A DNA stretch of 64,000 nucleotides from Chiloscyllium plagiosum (Eukaryota). A program made the translations under genes and the position numbers. The notes beneath the pieces were generated by a model. That model worked only from the letters and a program-made list of their open reading frames with translations, had not been told where the DNA came from and made no database searches. Of this stretch, positions 12,934 to 24,594 are shown one piece after another; position 1 is the first letter of the stretch, and each line of letters begins with the position of its first letter. The stretch spans positions 31,848,831 to 31,912,830 of the forward strand of contig NC_057720.1 in assembly GCF_004010195.1 (NCBI RefSeq), given 5' to 3'.

Positions 12934-13286
12934 CATAAGATTTAGGAGCAGAAGTAGGCCATTCACCCCATTGAGTCTACTCTGCCATTCAATGAGATCA
13001 TGGCTGACCTGATAACCTTTAACTCCATTATTTGACTTTTCCTAATAATCCTTGATTCCATTATTGATTTAAAAAAAAATCTAAGTATATATTTATTGGC
13101 CCTGCCTTTGCGGTAAAGAATTCCACAGATTCATTGCCTCTGAAGGAAGAAATTTATCCACATCTTTGTCTTAACTGGGTGACCCCTTAACCAATGGATT
13201 GTCAGGTCAGCCATGGTCTTGTTGAATGGCAGAGCAGATTTGATGGACTGAATGGCCTATTTCTGTTCCTATATCTTATGGTTATG
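12934..13286. mobile_element. Two CR1 3'-UTR fragments in inverted arrangement (12934-13190 minus, 13199-13286 plus)
   Basis: 82-bp ungapped inverted repeat, 13 mismatches by hand count. Confidence 0.8.
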
Positions 13287-13849
13287 ATCAATGTATGACT
13301 GCTGTCTCACCCAGAAGTATATTGCTATCACAGAAACAGCGAAACATTTGATTGGTTGGCAATAGGCATTGTAAATATTCTTAGAAAGAAATGGGAAACA
13401 CAAGTGAGGATGCTGCTACAACATATGAAATGAGAGATATTGTTGGATGATCCCAGGAAGTGAGATTTCATTAAGACTTCTCCTGTCCAACATTTTTGAA
13501 AATAAATTGGAAATTCCTGGTCATGCTACAGGCCATATAAGAAAGAAAATGTTCATACGTTATTAGAGGAATAAAAACACTTCAAGAAATTCAGTATTAA
13601 CTATCTTATTATAGATGATAATTAGTTAAGTTGTGACCATCAGTATAACTAAATTTCAGTAGATTTTCCTATGTCTATAATATGCTGAATATAAAAGACT
13701 AAATGTGAATTTCACTAGTTTAATCCAGTATGTTTGAATATTAACCTATCAAGATTACATATTAATTGTTCTAAAATGATTTAGTTTAAAGTAATAAGTC
13801 TACTTATGCTATTTTGAACATACTTGATGGTGAGCAAAACTATTTAGTC

Positions 13850-14700
13850 AGGTAGGAATTCCAGAATTTTGTCACACAATGATAAGGCAAGGTTGATGTG
13901 TGACTTGCAAGCAAACGTCAAGATGGTTCTGTTCTAATATTCAAGCTTGTTCTTAACCTTCTCTGTCATAAAGTTTGTAAAGCTGGAAGATGCAATTGAT
14001 GGTAAGTTTGGTAGGTTGTTGTAGTACATCTGTAGTTAGTGACTACAGGATGTGGCAATAGAGGGGCTGGGTGGTGAGTTTGTTGGCATGGATACAGATC
14101 AGTTGACTGTTTTTATTTGTATGGTGTTGACATTTTATGGCATTATTGCTATTGTGTGATGAATTGAGCTTTTCAGCAAGTTCAAAGAAGACAAATTTCA
14201 TTTAAATAGCAGCTTTCTTGATCATCAGATGTTTCAAAGCACTTTACAGCCAATGCAGTACTTTCAAAATGTGCTTGCCTTTGTAATGTAGGAAACATAG
14301 CAGACAATTTGTGCACTGCAAGCTTTCATAAATATCAGTGTGAGAGTGACATCCTGATGAGATTTGTAAAAACTGGAGAAGCTTTGATGAGCCAGGAGAT
14401 GATCAGTCCTGTTATGGGGTACTTGGCTTGACTCATGTTACAGCATTGTTAATATGGTTTTCTCAGTTAAGTTTTTGATCAGTACTGATTTGCAATATAG
14501 TGACAGGGGCTGAAGAATTCTGTTGGTGCTCGAGGTCACAGAAGTCTTTTGCTTTTTTAATTTTGGAAGATTGGTGTTGCTCAGTATTTATGTGGTGTTC
14601 CCTAACATTTTTCAACTCCAGTCTGGATATTGTCCAGATCCTAGTTGATGGTTGAAATAGGTTGTTCCACTATCAAAAGAGCTGTGAATGGATGAGTCCA
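13850..14700 (-). mobile_element. Old LINE remnant containing a Deu-SINE-related segment (~14225-14350)
   Basis: Similar to the reverse complement of 40290-40870; caaagcactttacagccaatg...gtaggaaacatagcagacaatttg matches 16840-17000 and 60490-60620. Confidence 0.5.
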
Positions 14701-15016
14701 TAATGGTTATGTAATCATACACTTTGTTCCCCATCTCAGTATTATAAATGTACCCTTGTAAATCTATTAGAAAATTACAGTCAGTAGATAAATTTTAACT
14801 TGAAATGCTAACGTTGTTTCTCTCTCAGCAAATGTTGGGTGACCTGCTCACTGTTTGCAAAATGTTTACTTTTATTATATCAGATCATACTAGCTGATTA
14901 CAGAGCAGTGGTGTGACTCTGCACTTATTAAAGATCAACATCTAGCAGAAATTAACCTGTGCGTCTTTGTGCTTGGAATGTGATGATTCTGCAGATAATA
15001 GATAATAAATGTAAGT

Positions 15017-15185
15017 GTCATAGAAACGTACAGCATGGAAACAGACCCTTGGGTCCGACTCATCAGTGCCAAACAGATATCCTAAATAAATCTAGTCCCA
15101 TTTGCCAGCACTTGACCCGTATCCCTCTAGACACTTTCTAATCATATACCCGTCAGGCTGCCTTTTAAATGTTGTAATTGTACCA
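15017..15185 (-). mobile_element. HER1/CR1 LINE 3' tail
   Basis: gtcatagaaacgtacagcatggaaacagaccctt... is the reverse complement of the 4720-4994 family. Confidence 0.85.
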
Positions 15186-16834
15186 AAAGTCACTGCTTCC
15201 TTTTAGGCAGAGCTGACAACCACAGTTCTGGGACTTCGGATATTGTCTGACTCTATGAGTATTGCTCATGTTACAGTATGATAAGGCTTCTGTGAATGCT
15301 TGAATGACAAGGGCCTGAACGTGTTCTTTATCCTGATTGGGACTGTCCTAGTTGATGCAGATTTGTTCGCACTCTTTATTCCATAATCAGTTTATCAATC
15401 TATGTAGGGTGAGGCACAGAGATGATCCTGTTCAGGACAGTGACCCCAAAATAAAAATAACAGACATAGCAGTGTCCGGAATAGCAAAGGGGAAAGATCA
15501 GCTGAAAACTGGATGAATAGTCAGTCTAACCCCGAAATACTTGGCACATGGTTCTGCATATCTTTAACAAATTAATGTCAGTAATTTTGGATTAGATTGC
15601 TTAGAAATGGTGAATTGACATTGGGATTACAATAGTCATTTGATAGGACAGAACTTGAGTGTCTTTTAAAAATGTTTCTTAGTTGTATGTTTGCATTTTT
15701 TCAAAGATTTTCAGCTTGCCCTCATCAGAGCATTTCATAATGATACAAATTCCAAAGGGGTTAACAGTGTTTAATTTATTGATGATAAAACCATGTTGAG
15801 CTATATTAATCAAATTCGCCAAGTTACCATCCTCATAAATATATCAAAAGCAATTCCTTGAAGACAAATTAAAAAATGGTTAAGTTTTAAATGATACTAA
15901 CTTGCACTGGTTCTTAACAGATTTCATTTCTAATGATATACAAATTATTTGTAGCGCAATTAGGGAGTAAATGTTCTCAAAACAGTGCCAATTTTGTACA
16001 ATTTGCACCTGATTGCTGATTGCATCCACAGTGGAAAGTTTTGACCTAATATTTAATTTGCAACAGTTGATAATAGCTTTGAGGAAGTCACTGGAAAAAG
16101 TACCTGACTCTGTCGGTGACAAGTTGCTAATTTAGCATCAAGGATTAAACAAAGTGCTTTCAGGATTGTGTCATCTTAGTTGTGTGTGTATGTGTATTCC
16201 GTGCAGTCAAGGTTGATTCTGTTTTCTCAATGAGGTTTTGTCATCAGTACTTAATGTTTGAATATCAGCAGAAGGACACTGAAAGAAAAAAGTTGTGATT
16301 AATATTAATTCTTGTAGCTTTCTTTTTCTTCTAAAAGGTGATGGCATAGAGATGTATGCATAAATAAAGGAGTTCAGAAAGTTCAAATAACTATGCAAAT
16401 ATAGTTCCAGCCACAGAATGTAGATGGAAAATTAATGTGGTTGGGGGAGATTGGTGCTGCAAAGATTATTTTTATATGCGTGAACATTGTATTGTGGTGC
16501 AGATAACTTGATTACAAAATAAACTATAAAACAACATCTGACAGTAACCACGCTCAGCATGTGTTATCTTTTGACATGAGTCTACAATTTAACTCTGGTA
16601 CAGAAATGTAAGAATACCAAACACCCAGATGACCAATACTATTTTGGGCAGATTTTCTAAGTCCACTTTAATTTAAATATTTCTGAATACTTAATGTAGT
16701 ATTTAAATATTTCATATAGTATTATTCTTGCCTGGGAATCTTACAACAGATTGGTTATGGAGAATTGAAACTGCTGCTGGATTCAATACCATCTTCAAGA
16801 ATTCAGACAGAAAGAGGAAAAAACAAAGATTGGC

Positions 16835-17255
16835 TCCTGCCTAGCACCTTTCACAATCACTTGATGTTCGAAAGCACATTGCAACTAATGAAATATTTTT
16901 TGAACCGTAGTTACTATTGCAAATAGAGAGCTTGGCATATAATCTTCTATACATCAAGGTTACATAAATGCTAATGATGTAATGTCCAGATAATCTGTTT
17001 TTGTGATGTTGATTCTGGGTTAAATACTATGCACTCCCAAGCTGTCCTTTGAAATAAGGCTTGGGACCAACCAAAGTTACTTGATTAGGCAAGGGAGGCT
17101 TTAGTTTAATGTCTCCTTCAAAAGATGACATTTCTGAGAGTGTAGGATTCCCTTTGAAGTCTGGCTCTACCGTCATCCCAGTTGTCTGTGTTTAAGTCTC
17201 TGAAGTGGGTCTTGAAATCATAACCTTCTGATTCAGTGGGGCAAGTGAGCCATGG
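16835..17255 (-). mobile_element. Old Deu-domain SINE (SacSINE1/AmnSINE1-like)
   Basis: gtttaatgtctccttcaaaagatgacatttctgagagtgtagg resembles the reverse-complement Deu core; a tRNA-like head lies at 17200-17250. Confidence 0.65.
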
Positions 17256-17352
17256 GTGGCTTAAAACATCTGAAGGAGCTCAGTTTACTTTAAGATAGAT
17301 TTGGTAACGCTTTCTCAGTAACAGAGAAAACAGTTGAGAAGGTACATATGAA

Positions 17353-17635
17353 GGGTTCTTGTGGCACAGAAGTAATGTCCCTTTGAGCCTGGAGGCCTGG
17401 GTTCGAACCCAACCTGCTCGCAAGATGACTTGTAAAATCTCTGATCGGGTTAATTCAAAAATATCTAAAGCAATGAGCTACCACCATTGACTAAATCTCA
17501 GTGGGGGTTACTGCTCAAGACTGGCTCTTGTGGAGAACTCTTATGGTGTAGTGACTCTACCTCTGAGCCAGGAGATTCAAGTTCCACTTGCTCCGGTGGT
17601 GTGTAATAATGTCTCTGAACAGTCTGATTAGAAAA
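17353..17635 (+). mobile_element. Two neighbouring copies of a short (~110 bp) tRNA-derived SINE-like repeat (17353-17467, 17543-17635)
   Basis: A-box-like tggtgtagtg, ctctgagcc, B box ggttcgaaccc/gattcaagttcc and common end gattagaaaa/aaaatatct. Confidence 0.7.
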
Positions 17636-18019
17636 AAAGACAAATCAAAAACATAGTCACAATGTTTGGAGGGGGTAAATGATGAAATATCATTTTCCTT
17701 AGTTGATGAATTAGTAATGGTAAGACATTTGTGATTATCACTAGAAAACCAAAGGTTTGCAGTACAGTTTTTTTTCACAAGTTATTGTTACATGAAAGAC
17801 TTCCATTGTGTCCATGACGTGTCGGAGTAAAATAAGAACCAGGTGGGAGTTGACTGCATTTGAATAAACAACAGTTAGGTGAATGATTAGTTGGTGAGTA
17901 TTTTTCTTTTTCTGTTCCATTTCTCCGAACCGAGACATTTGTTTAAACTAAGAAACAGAAAACCAAATATTTCAATTAGAACGAGTAACAATAAGTGAAT
18001 TATTGCTGTTGAAAAGAGT

Positions 18020-18420
18020 GATATCTTGTTGAAGCTTTTTGTCTTGCACTTATCAGGGCAAAAGCAAAATGCAAAATTTCAAATGATCACAATAATTTAT
18101 TCCACAGGAGAAGAAGATGTGAATTGGTTGTCAAGATTTCTGATTAGCTGAGGCATTGTTGTAAAGAATTATGGGGAGCATCAGGCTGCCCAAGCTCCCA
18201 GATACTTCAAAGAAAGATTCAAGGCTTGAACATATTCCTTATGTTTGCAGACAACTGGTCCCTGTGTATAAGTGTATCTAAGAAAAATAAATGCACCATA
18301 TTACGAGCTTCATTGAAGATATTAAATCGGTTGATATGCAGTCATTAGCATATTTTGGATTGTTCAGCAAGTGTGGCCTAATTGATTGACGAGTTGCAAA
18401 TGTGACAGTCATTCTAAAAA
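18020..18420 (-). mobile_element. Old PLE remnant
   Basis: The minus strand encodes I.PHLLNN (GIY-YIG C-terminal H motif) and ends in a decayed hammerhead-like cCTGATAAGTGCAAGACAAAAAGCTTC. Confidence 0.45.
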
Positions 18421-18437
18421 GAATGAAAGGACATTTG

Positions 18438-18572
18438 GATTTGAATAAAAGTCATGTGATTCAAAATTTCAACTCTATTTCTCCTTCTATACATGCTGCT
18501 ATACTTGCAGAGTTTTGCTAGCATTGTCTATTTTTATTTCATATTTCCAGCATCCGCAGCAGTTTGCTTTCA
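18438..18572 (+). mobile_element. Decayed solo PLE pLTR
   Basis: Ends atttccagcatccgcagcagtttgcttt, like the 60165-60193 end. Confidence 0.6.
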
Positions 18573-18639
18573 TGTGGAGCATGGGAAGTGATTGTTTTTT
18601 GGACTAATGGATGGTGGCATTCATGTTCCCAAAGATCAA

Positions 18640-19400
18640 TATGCCTGTGTCCAACCTTGAGGATGATATCAGTTGACTGCAGCAAGACATAGACTGGCTG
18701 GCAGAATGGACAGACAAGTCCATGCATATAGAATTTCATACAGAGAAAGGTGAGATGCAGCATTTAGGCAGAAGGATAAGGATCAGGAAATATAGTGTCA
18801 ATAGCACAGTTCTTAAAGTGTTTGTAGGGACAGAGAGACTTGAGGGTTCAAGTGCAATGATCTTTGAAGCTGACAAAACACATTAAGAATATAGTTACCA
18901 AAGCTTCTGGAATCTTGGGATTCATCTAGAGGAATTGCATACAAAAATATGGAAATAATTTTTTTAATAACGCCTGGCCACAATTTTATTAATGCATCCC
19001 TTTTGTCATCACCAATTGTGGAAGGATGTGAAAGTGCTGGAGAGGAATGCAGAGGAAGTTTTTTTTTAGAATGGTTCCAGGGATGAAGGATTCCATGTTC
19101 AGTTGTTGGTCTTTTTGGATCAAAGGAGATTAAGGGATTAATAGAGGTATACAAGATTATGTGTTGCTGGAAAAGCGCAGCAGGTCAGGCAGCATCCAGG
19201 GAACAGGAGAATCGATGTTTCGGGCATAAGCACTTCTTCAGGAAGGGCTTATGCCCGAAACGTCGATTCTCCTGTTCCCTGGATGCTGCCTGACCTGCTG
19301 CGCTTTTCCAGCAACACATTTTCAGCTCTGATCTCCAGGATCTGCAGACCTCACTTTCTCCTCCGTATACAAGGTTATGTCAGGTTTAATAAGATAGACA
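18640..19400 (+). mobile_element. Old CR1 LINE fragment interrupted by a palindromic PLE insertion
   Basis: agactggc..gaatggacagacaag, ggacagagagacttgagggttcaagtg and atagaggtatacaagattatg are CR1 ORF2 signatures. Confidence 0.7.
19159..19364. mobile_element. Palindromic PLE pLTR mini-element
   Basis: Inverted arms of about 70-80 bp around 19231-19245; TSD gtatacaag(a/g)ttatgt at 19147-19162 and 19365-19380. Confidence 0.9.
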
Positions 19401-19525
19401 TTGCCTTGGTCTCCTAACTGCTAGTAAGTGAACTTAAACCAAAAATAAATTACTAAAAGAGTTTGTTTTCTATCTGGTAGACTATTGCCTATTGTAGGGT
19501 GAAAATGAACATTTTTAGTGGCCAT

Positions 19526-19656
19526 GATTTGGAGGTGACGGTGTTGAACGGGGTGCTCTCAGCCACCTAATAAAGGAGCAGCACTCTGAAAACTGGTGCT
19601 TCCAATTAAACCTGTTGGACTATAACTTGGTGTTGCGATTTTTATTCCTGTCAGCA
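19526..19656 (+). mobile_element. pLTR mini-element of a different PLE family with decayed hammerhead
   Basis: cacCTAATAAAGGAGCAGCACTCTGAAAACTGgtg followed by ccaattaaacctgttggactataac; TSD agtggcc(a/t)tgattt at 19517-19530 and 19657-19670. Confidence 0.65.
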
Positions 19657-19739
19657 AGTGGCCTTGATTTTTTTCAGTGAAATATGTGCTGAATCAAACT
19701 ATAACCTCTCTTCCATTCCCCTTTGCACATGCAGCATGC

Positions 19740-20184
19740 TAATTTGGGCTATAGGGAGAGGCTGAACAGGCTGGGGCTGTTTTCCCTGGAGCGTCGGAGG
19801 CTGAGGGGTGACCTTATAGAGGTTAACAAAATTATGAGAGGCATGGATAGGGTAAATAGGCAAAGATTTTTCCCTGGGGTCGGGGAGTCCAGAACTAGAG
19901 GGCATAGGTTTACGGTGAGAGGGGAAAGATATAAAAGAGACCTACAGGGCAACTTTTTCATGCAGAGGGTGGTACGTGTATGGAATGAGCTGCCAGAGGA
20001 AGTGGGTAGAAGCTGGTAGAATTGCAACATTTGGGAGGCATTTGGATGGGTATATGAAGAGGAAGGGTTTGGAGGGATATGGGCCGGGTGCTGGCAGATG
20101 GGACTAGATTGGGTTGGGCTATCTGGTCGGCATGGACGGGTTGGACCGAAGGGTCTGTTTCCATGCTGTACACCTCTATGACTC
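19740..20184 (+). mobile_element. Young HER1/CR1 LINE 3' end
   Basis: ORF 19723-20019 YRERLNRLGLFSLERRRLRGDLIEV...RTRGHRF...FFMQRVVRVWNELPEEV, then a ctctatgactct tail. Confidence 0.95.
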
Positions 20185-23100
20185 TGTTATTTCTCCACCT
20201 CCGAGCATACACTCATAATTTCTCTAAAGAACATAGTCAGTTTGCTAGCATCATTAACATGGTAAGCATTCTGGAAAGTGAAATATTAGTTCCTTAGGTT
20301 GTACTGTTTCCTTTTCACTTCATTGCTGTAATGGAAATTGTGTTGTTAGTGCAGAAGTGACAAATTCAACGTAGTTGAACGTGTGTTGACTTTGAGGGCA
20401 GTCAGTCAATCAAGCCAGATATTTTAACAGTCTGAATAGAGCAGAATATAGTATGCTTGCATAAAAATGCCATAAAGAATAATGTATTTTGGCTTTTTAT
20501 TTCTATCAGTTGGTCCACGATCACTACTTTTAATTAAATTTAATGTAATTCTTTTTGCGAAACTATAACAGCATCTTTCTAAATGATAGATTCTTGTGAT
20601 TACAAAATGTCTTTCTCCACTTGTTTTCTGCATATTAGCAATGAAACAACATTCTGTACCCACTCAAGCATGGTAGGGGAAGATAATGATTATTTTGATT
20701 CATACTTGTATTTTTAAATTTTGTTTTGTGGGGTGGGGAAACCAACACAGCAGAATTTCTTATTCGTTTGTACTTTTCTCTTATTCATTTTTCCTTTCTC
20801 TTCCTAAGTACTGTAATTTTGCTTTTCTCATAATGTTGATCAATAGATAGACAGTTGTGGCTTAATTAGAATTTGAGATGATTATGTTCCCTACCCCCGC
20901 CTTAGTCAGAATACTTATATTTGCCTATGTTTCAGTTTTGACTTTTACTCAGCAACCTTCAAGTGAATCATGGGTCATGATTTTCGTCTCCAAGTGGAGG
21001 TGGGAATCAGGATGCAAAACATCTTTTTTTTCAAGTTTCTTTGCCTTCCAGATCTCATGTTATTTTTATGTGGTCTGGTTTGCATACCAGGGAACTCTGA
21101 GTATGGATTTGATGTGCGCCCACTGGATATGTTTCCATTGAGGGGCTCATAAACAAGGTCAGGTCAATATCCCACTATCTTCCTACCCATCCTCGAACTC
21201 ACCCCCATAAGACTGGGGGTGGGTGGGTGCCTGTCATATTTAATTATGTCATGAAAGGTCAATAAAAGCAAATTAACCTGAACAGTAAGCTGTTTTTGCC
21301 TTTGTATGGTTGGCATTGGCAGGTGAGCAGTTCTTTTAAAAATAAAATGCAAAAAGCTATGAAGGAACAGTGGATTTTCTTTTTAATGAGGGATTGATTA
21401 CGTTGCTCATTGGGTGTACTCCTCCTCCCTGCCCACTGAAGACAATACTCCATTCTTTCTTCTTATCTGGCTAGGCTCCAAAACAGGTGGCATACACTCC
21501 ATTACCCCCGTTTAGGTGGCCAAACCCTCCTTATTCAATCCCCTAAGTACCTTACCCAGGATTCATTGGGCCTTCTTTGTAGGGCTGGTTGCAGTCCCGG
21601 CAGTACTCACTGAATGGTGGAGGTGCCACTGTTCAACACATTAGCCCTCACACAGTGTATTAAGGCCAGGGAATTAGGGAGGCTTTTTTTCTGGTGCGTT
21701 GCCTGCCCACTGACTTGCCTTCTCGATGTGAGGACTGGGCAGCAATAATGTTCAGTCCTCGTATGTTAAGACTTCTTCCAAGTTCAAGCAGTTCAAAATG
21801 TGAGAACCACAGAAAAATTGTATCTCCTTTCTCAAATCATTTACATGTGGTAGCCTGGGGTCTTTGAAATCCTTAATAAAAAGAGGACAACTGCAATGAG
21901 TACTGCAGAAACCCTATCATGGTGTTGAGAATGGTCTGACAAGGAAGTGTAAAATGTTTTTACACTTTCGAACATCACTAGTAGTAGTGTAGGCATACAT
22001 CATAGTGATCTATCTGCAAAACATGATAAATTCACTTTTACATTGTCCAGTAATGTATAATTGTTGTCACGCATTACTGTGCGTTTCTATTGTCAAAAGT
22101 GGCTTATAAATAAAACTAGCTGTCACCCTCTACTGTCATGTTTTATGCTGTGATTATGACAATTGTAACTGTACTGAATATTTGGCTGGGTTTCAAAGAC
22201 TGAAAATGACAAGTGGTCCATCGATCCAAGAAGAATTGGTATTTATGAGGCTGTAAGTACATTACTTGCCTTTTATGTGCATTATTTATTCGCAAACACA
22301 ATTGCATAACAGGAGGAATCACATTTCTTATAGCTGTGGTAGTTTTTATTCTTTCCAGTATCAATGATAGTGTGTTTGAATTCAATGCATATTGTAGTTT
22401 GTAATCTGTAAATTTGACACAATGGGAGGATCTTCCTCTGCTATCCCACAATGGAGAGGACATGATTGACTAGTGAAGCTGATAGCTGCCTTGGGCTCCC
22501 TGTCCCTCACACCACAAACCCAACAGGAATTTTGCTCTTGCTGGTTTAGTACCTAGCTGCCATTTCAAATTCTGGCACATGCTATTAGCAACAGGGGTAA
22601 CTAGACTCCATCAACCCTTTTGTATCGAACCCATTTTCCTCCTGTCCACCTTAGCAGGGGATAGAATTGGGAATGATTCAAAACACTTTCTAATATGGCA
22701 TCAGTGGTCCATTGGATTACTGCCTTTATTCTGACTGATGTTGGGTTTCATCTGCTGGCAGAGATCCTGACTGAACCCCACTATAATTATTGAATGATTA
22801 ATCACTCCTGGCACCAGAAACTGGGCCAAGGCTATGGCAAAGTCTCCGCATTATGTGTGACTCCAGCCCTAAGGCCCTGCATTTCTGATCTAGGAGTACC
22901 TCAGTTTTAGAGATTTCCCCATCAGGATAGCCTGTTATTCCAGACTTTACTAATTTGATAACATCAATATTTTGTTAGAACTATTTCAGTGACCAGCCAA
23001 AGACCTATTCTTGGGAAGACAGGGAGTGCAATATTTTGTCTGAATTGCTTCATTTTGCAATTTATTCTCGTTTTTATTTCTTCTCAGTCTACTCCTACAT

Positions 23101-23924
23101 AAATGCATTGTATTTTAAGTAAGCCACTTTATACTTACAGTAAGTTATTACTCTTGGGATGTCTTGTTTCTGCTTGCCCCTTTAGTTTGGTCATGGCTTA
23201 AGCAAAATCATAACTGAGGGAGAAACCCTTTAGCCTCACTCATCTTTAATCTTCCTATGAATCAGTTTAGTAAAGTGGAAAATGATACTGTAGACTACAT
23301 TAGCTGGTTGATGACCCGACAAGGAAAAATCAGTTCGGTGCTTGAAGCATCCTTGAATAACAGGTGGGTGGACAGACAACTGTAGCACTGGGGATTTTAC
23401 AAGCTAGTTCATCAAGTTCCAGAGGCAATGTTATTCACTTAGTGTTGAAATCAAATCAGCTTTCTGATGTTACCCCGAAGGTAGTGAGTCATTCTTAAAC
23501 TAAATCTTTGTTTCAGGATGACCACTTGTAATGGGATAGTGTGGATGGCTGTAATGCTAATGGTCTATCTGTGTTCAGAGTGATATCCACAGCTGTAATG
23601 TAATTGAATGACAGAATAAGCTGGAGGGGTTGATTTTGCATATGTTCAAAGGAATGAGGTTGTAATGATTCAGCACATGCTATTTTCTCCAAGTGCAACA
23701 GAATAAAGCATTTTAAAATTAATTAGGTTAGTGGCAACATTATTGTTAAACATAAGTTATTTTATGCATTTCTAGAGGTGAACAATGTATTGTTGAGAGA
23801 GAATATTGGTTTTGTGGGGAGGACGCCAACTGTCATTTCAGTGTTAGAACCCAATCAAAAACTGGGTCAAGTGTGTTAGACGAACTGTTTTATGACTTTG
23901 AAATGTTACTATGGCTGTCAGCAA

Positions 23925-24078
23925 AATCTCACCACTGATTCAGAAGGTTGTGGATTCAAGTTTTGCTTAATTGAGTAAAATATTTAGGATGACACTCGAG
24001 TCCAGTAATGAAGGCATATTGCACCGTTAGAGGTGTCATCTTTCAGAATAGGCAGTAAATTGAGGCCCCATCATCTCT
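23925..24078 (+). mobile_element. Deu-domain SINE fragment
   Basis: ctgattcagaaggttgtggattcaag head; gcaccgttagaggtgtcatctttcagaataggcagtaaattgaggcccc core. Confidence 0.6.
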
Positions 24079-24283
24079 GGGTGGTGCTGTGGTCAGTTGA
24101 ATAGGGGTGAAATGCTCCCATCTTTCCTCACTGATATTTGACTGTAACAGGTTTTTTTAATTGTAATGACAAAGACCATTTAGCTCACAAGTGTTTAAAT
24201 GATAGTATTTATTTAACTTAACAGCTGACCTAAGGGAAATAATAAAACTGCTCTGACTGCATTTCATATGTGCACTTGGGTTC

Positions 24284-24350
24284 ACACACATACACACATG
24301 CATACACCCCCACATACACACGTGCATGGGTTCACATACATACATACATG
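24284..24350. repeat. Imperfect (CA)/(TACA) microsatellite
   Basis: cacacacatacacacatgcatacacccccacatacacacg...cacatacatacatacatg. Confidence 0.7.
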
Positions 24351-24594
24351 TAAGTGACAAAGTGGGTGGAGAGGTAAGGTGTTTTTAAAAATTCTAATGT
24401 CACTGGTGTATTGATTTTGTGGACTGATGACTTAGATGGTTTTAGATTGGACTTGGTGATCTCTAGGTTTGCCATTTTGCCAATTTAAAGATGCATGGTA
24501 ACCAAGAACTCCAGCTTCACAGTTGGTAGTTGCAGATTCTTCAGTGGGTATCACTGTTTAGGTATGGCTGAATAAAATAGTATATCTGCCTACA

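Noticed and set aside
21100..21760. GC-richer segment resembling a non-autonomous DNA transposon (also 5860-6080, 9140-9900)
   Set aside because: No terminal inverted repeats or TSD could be identified.
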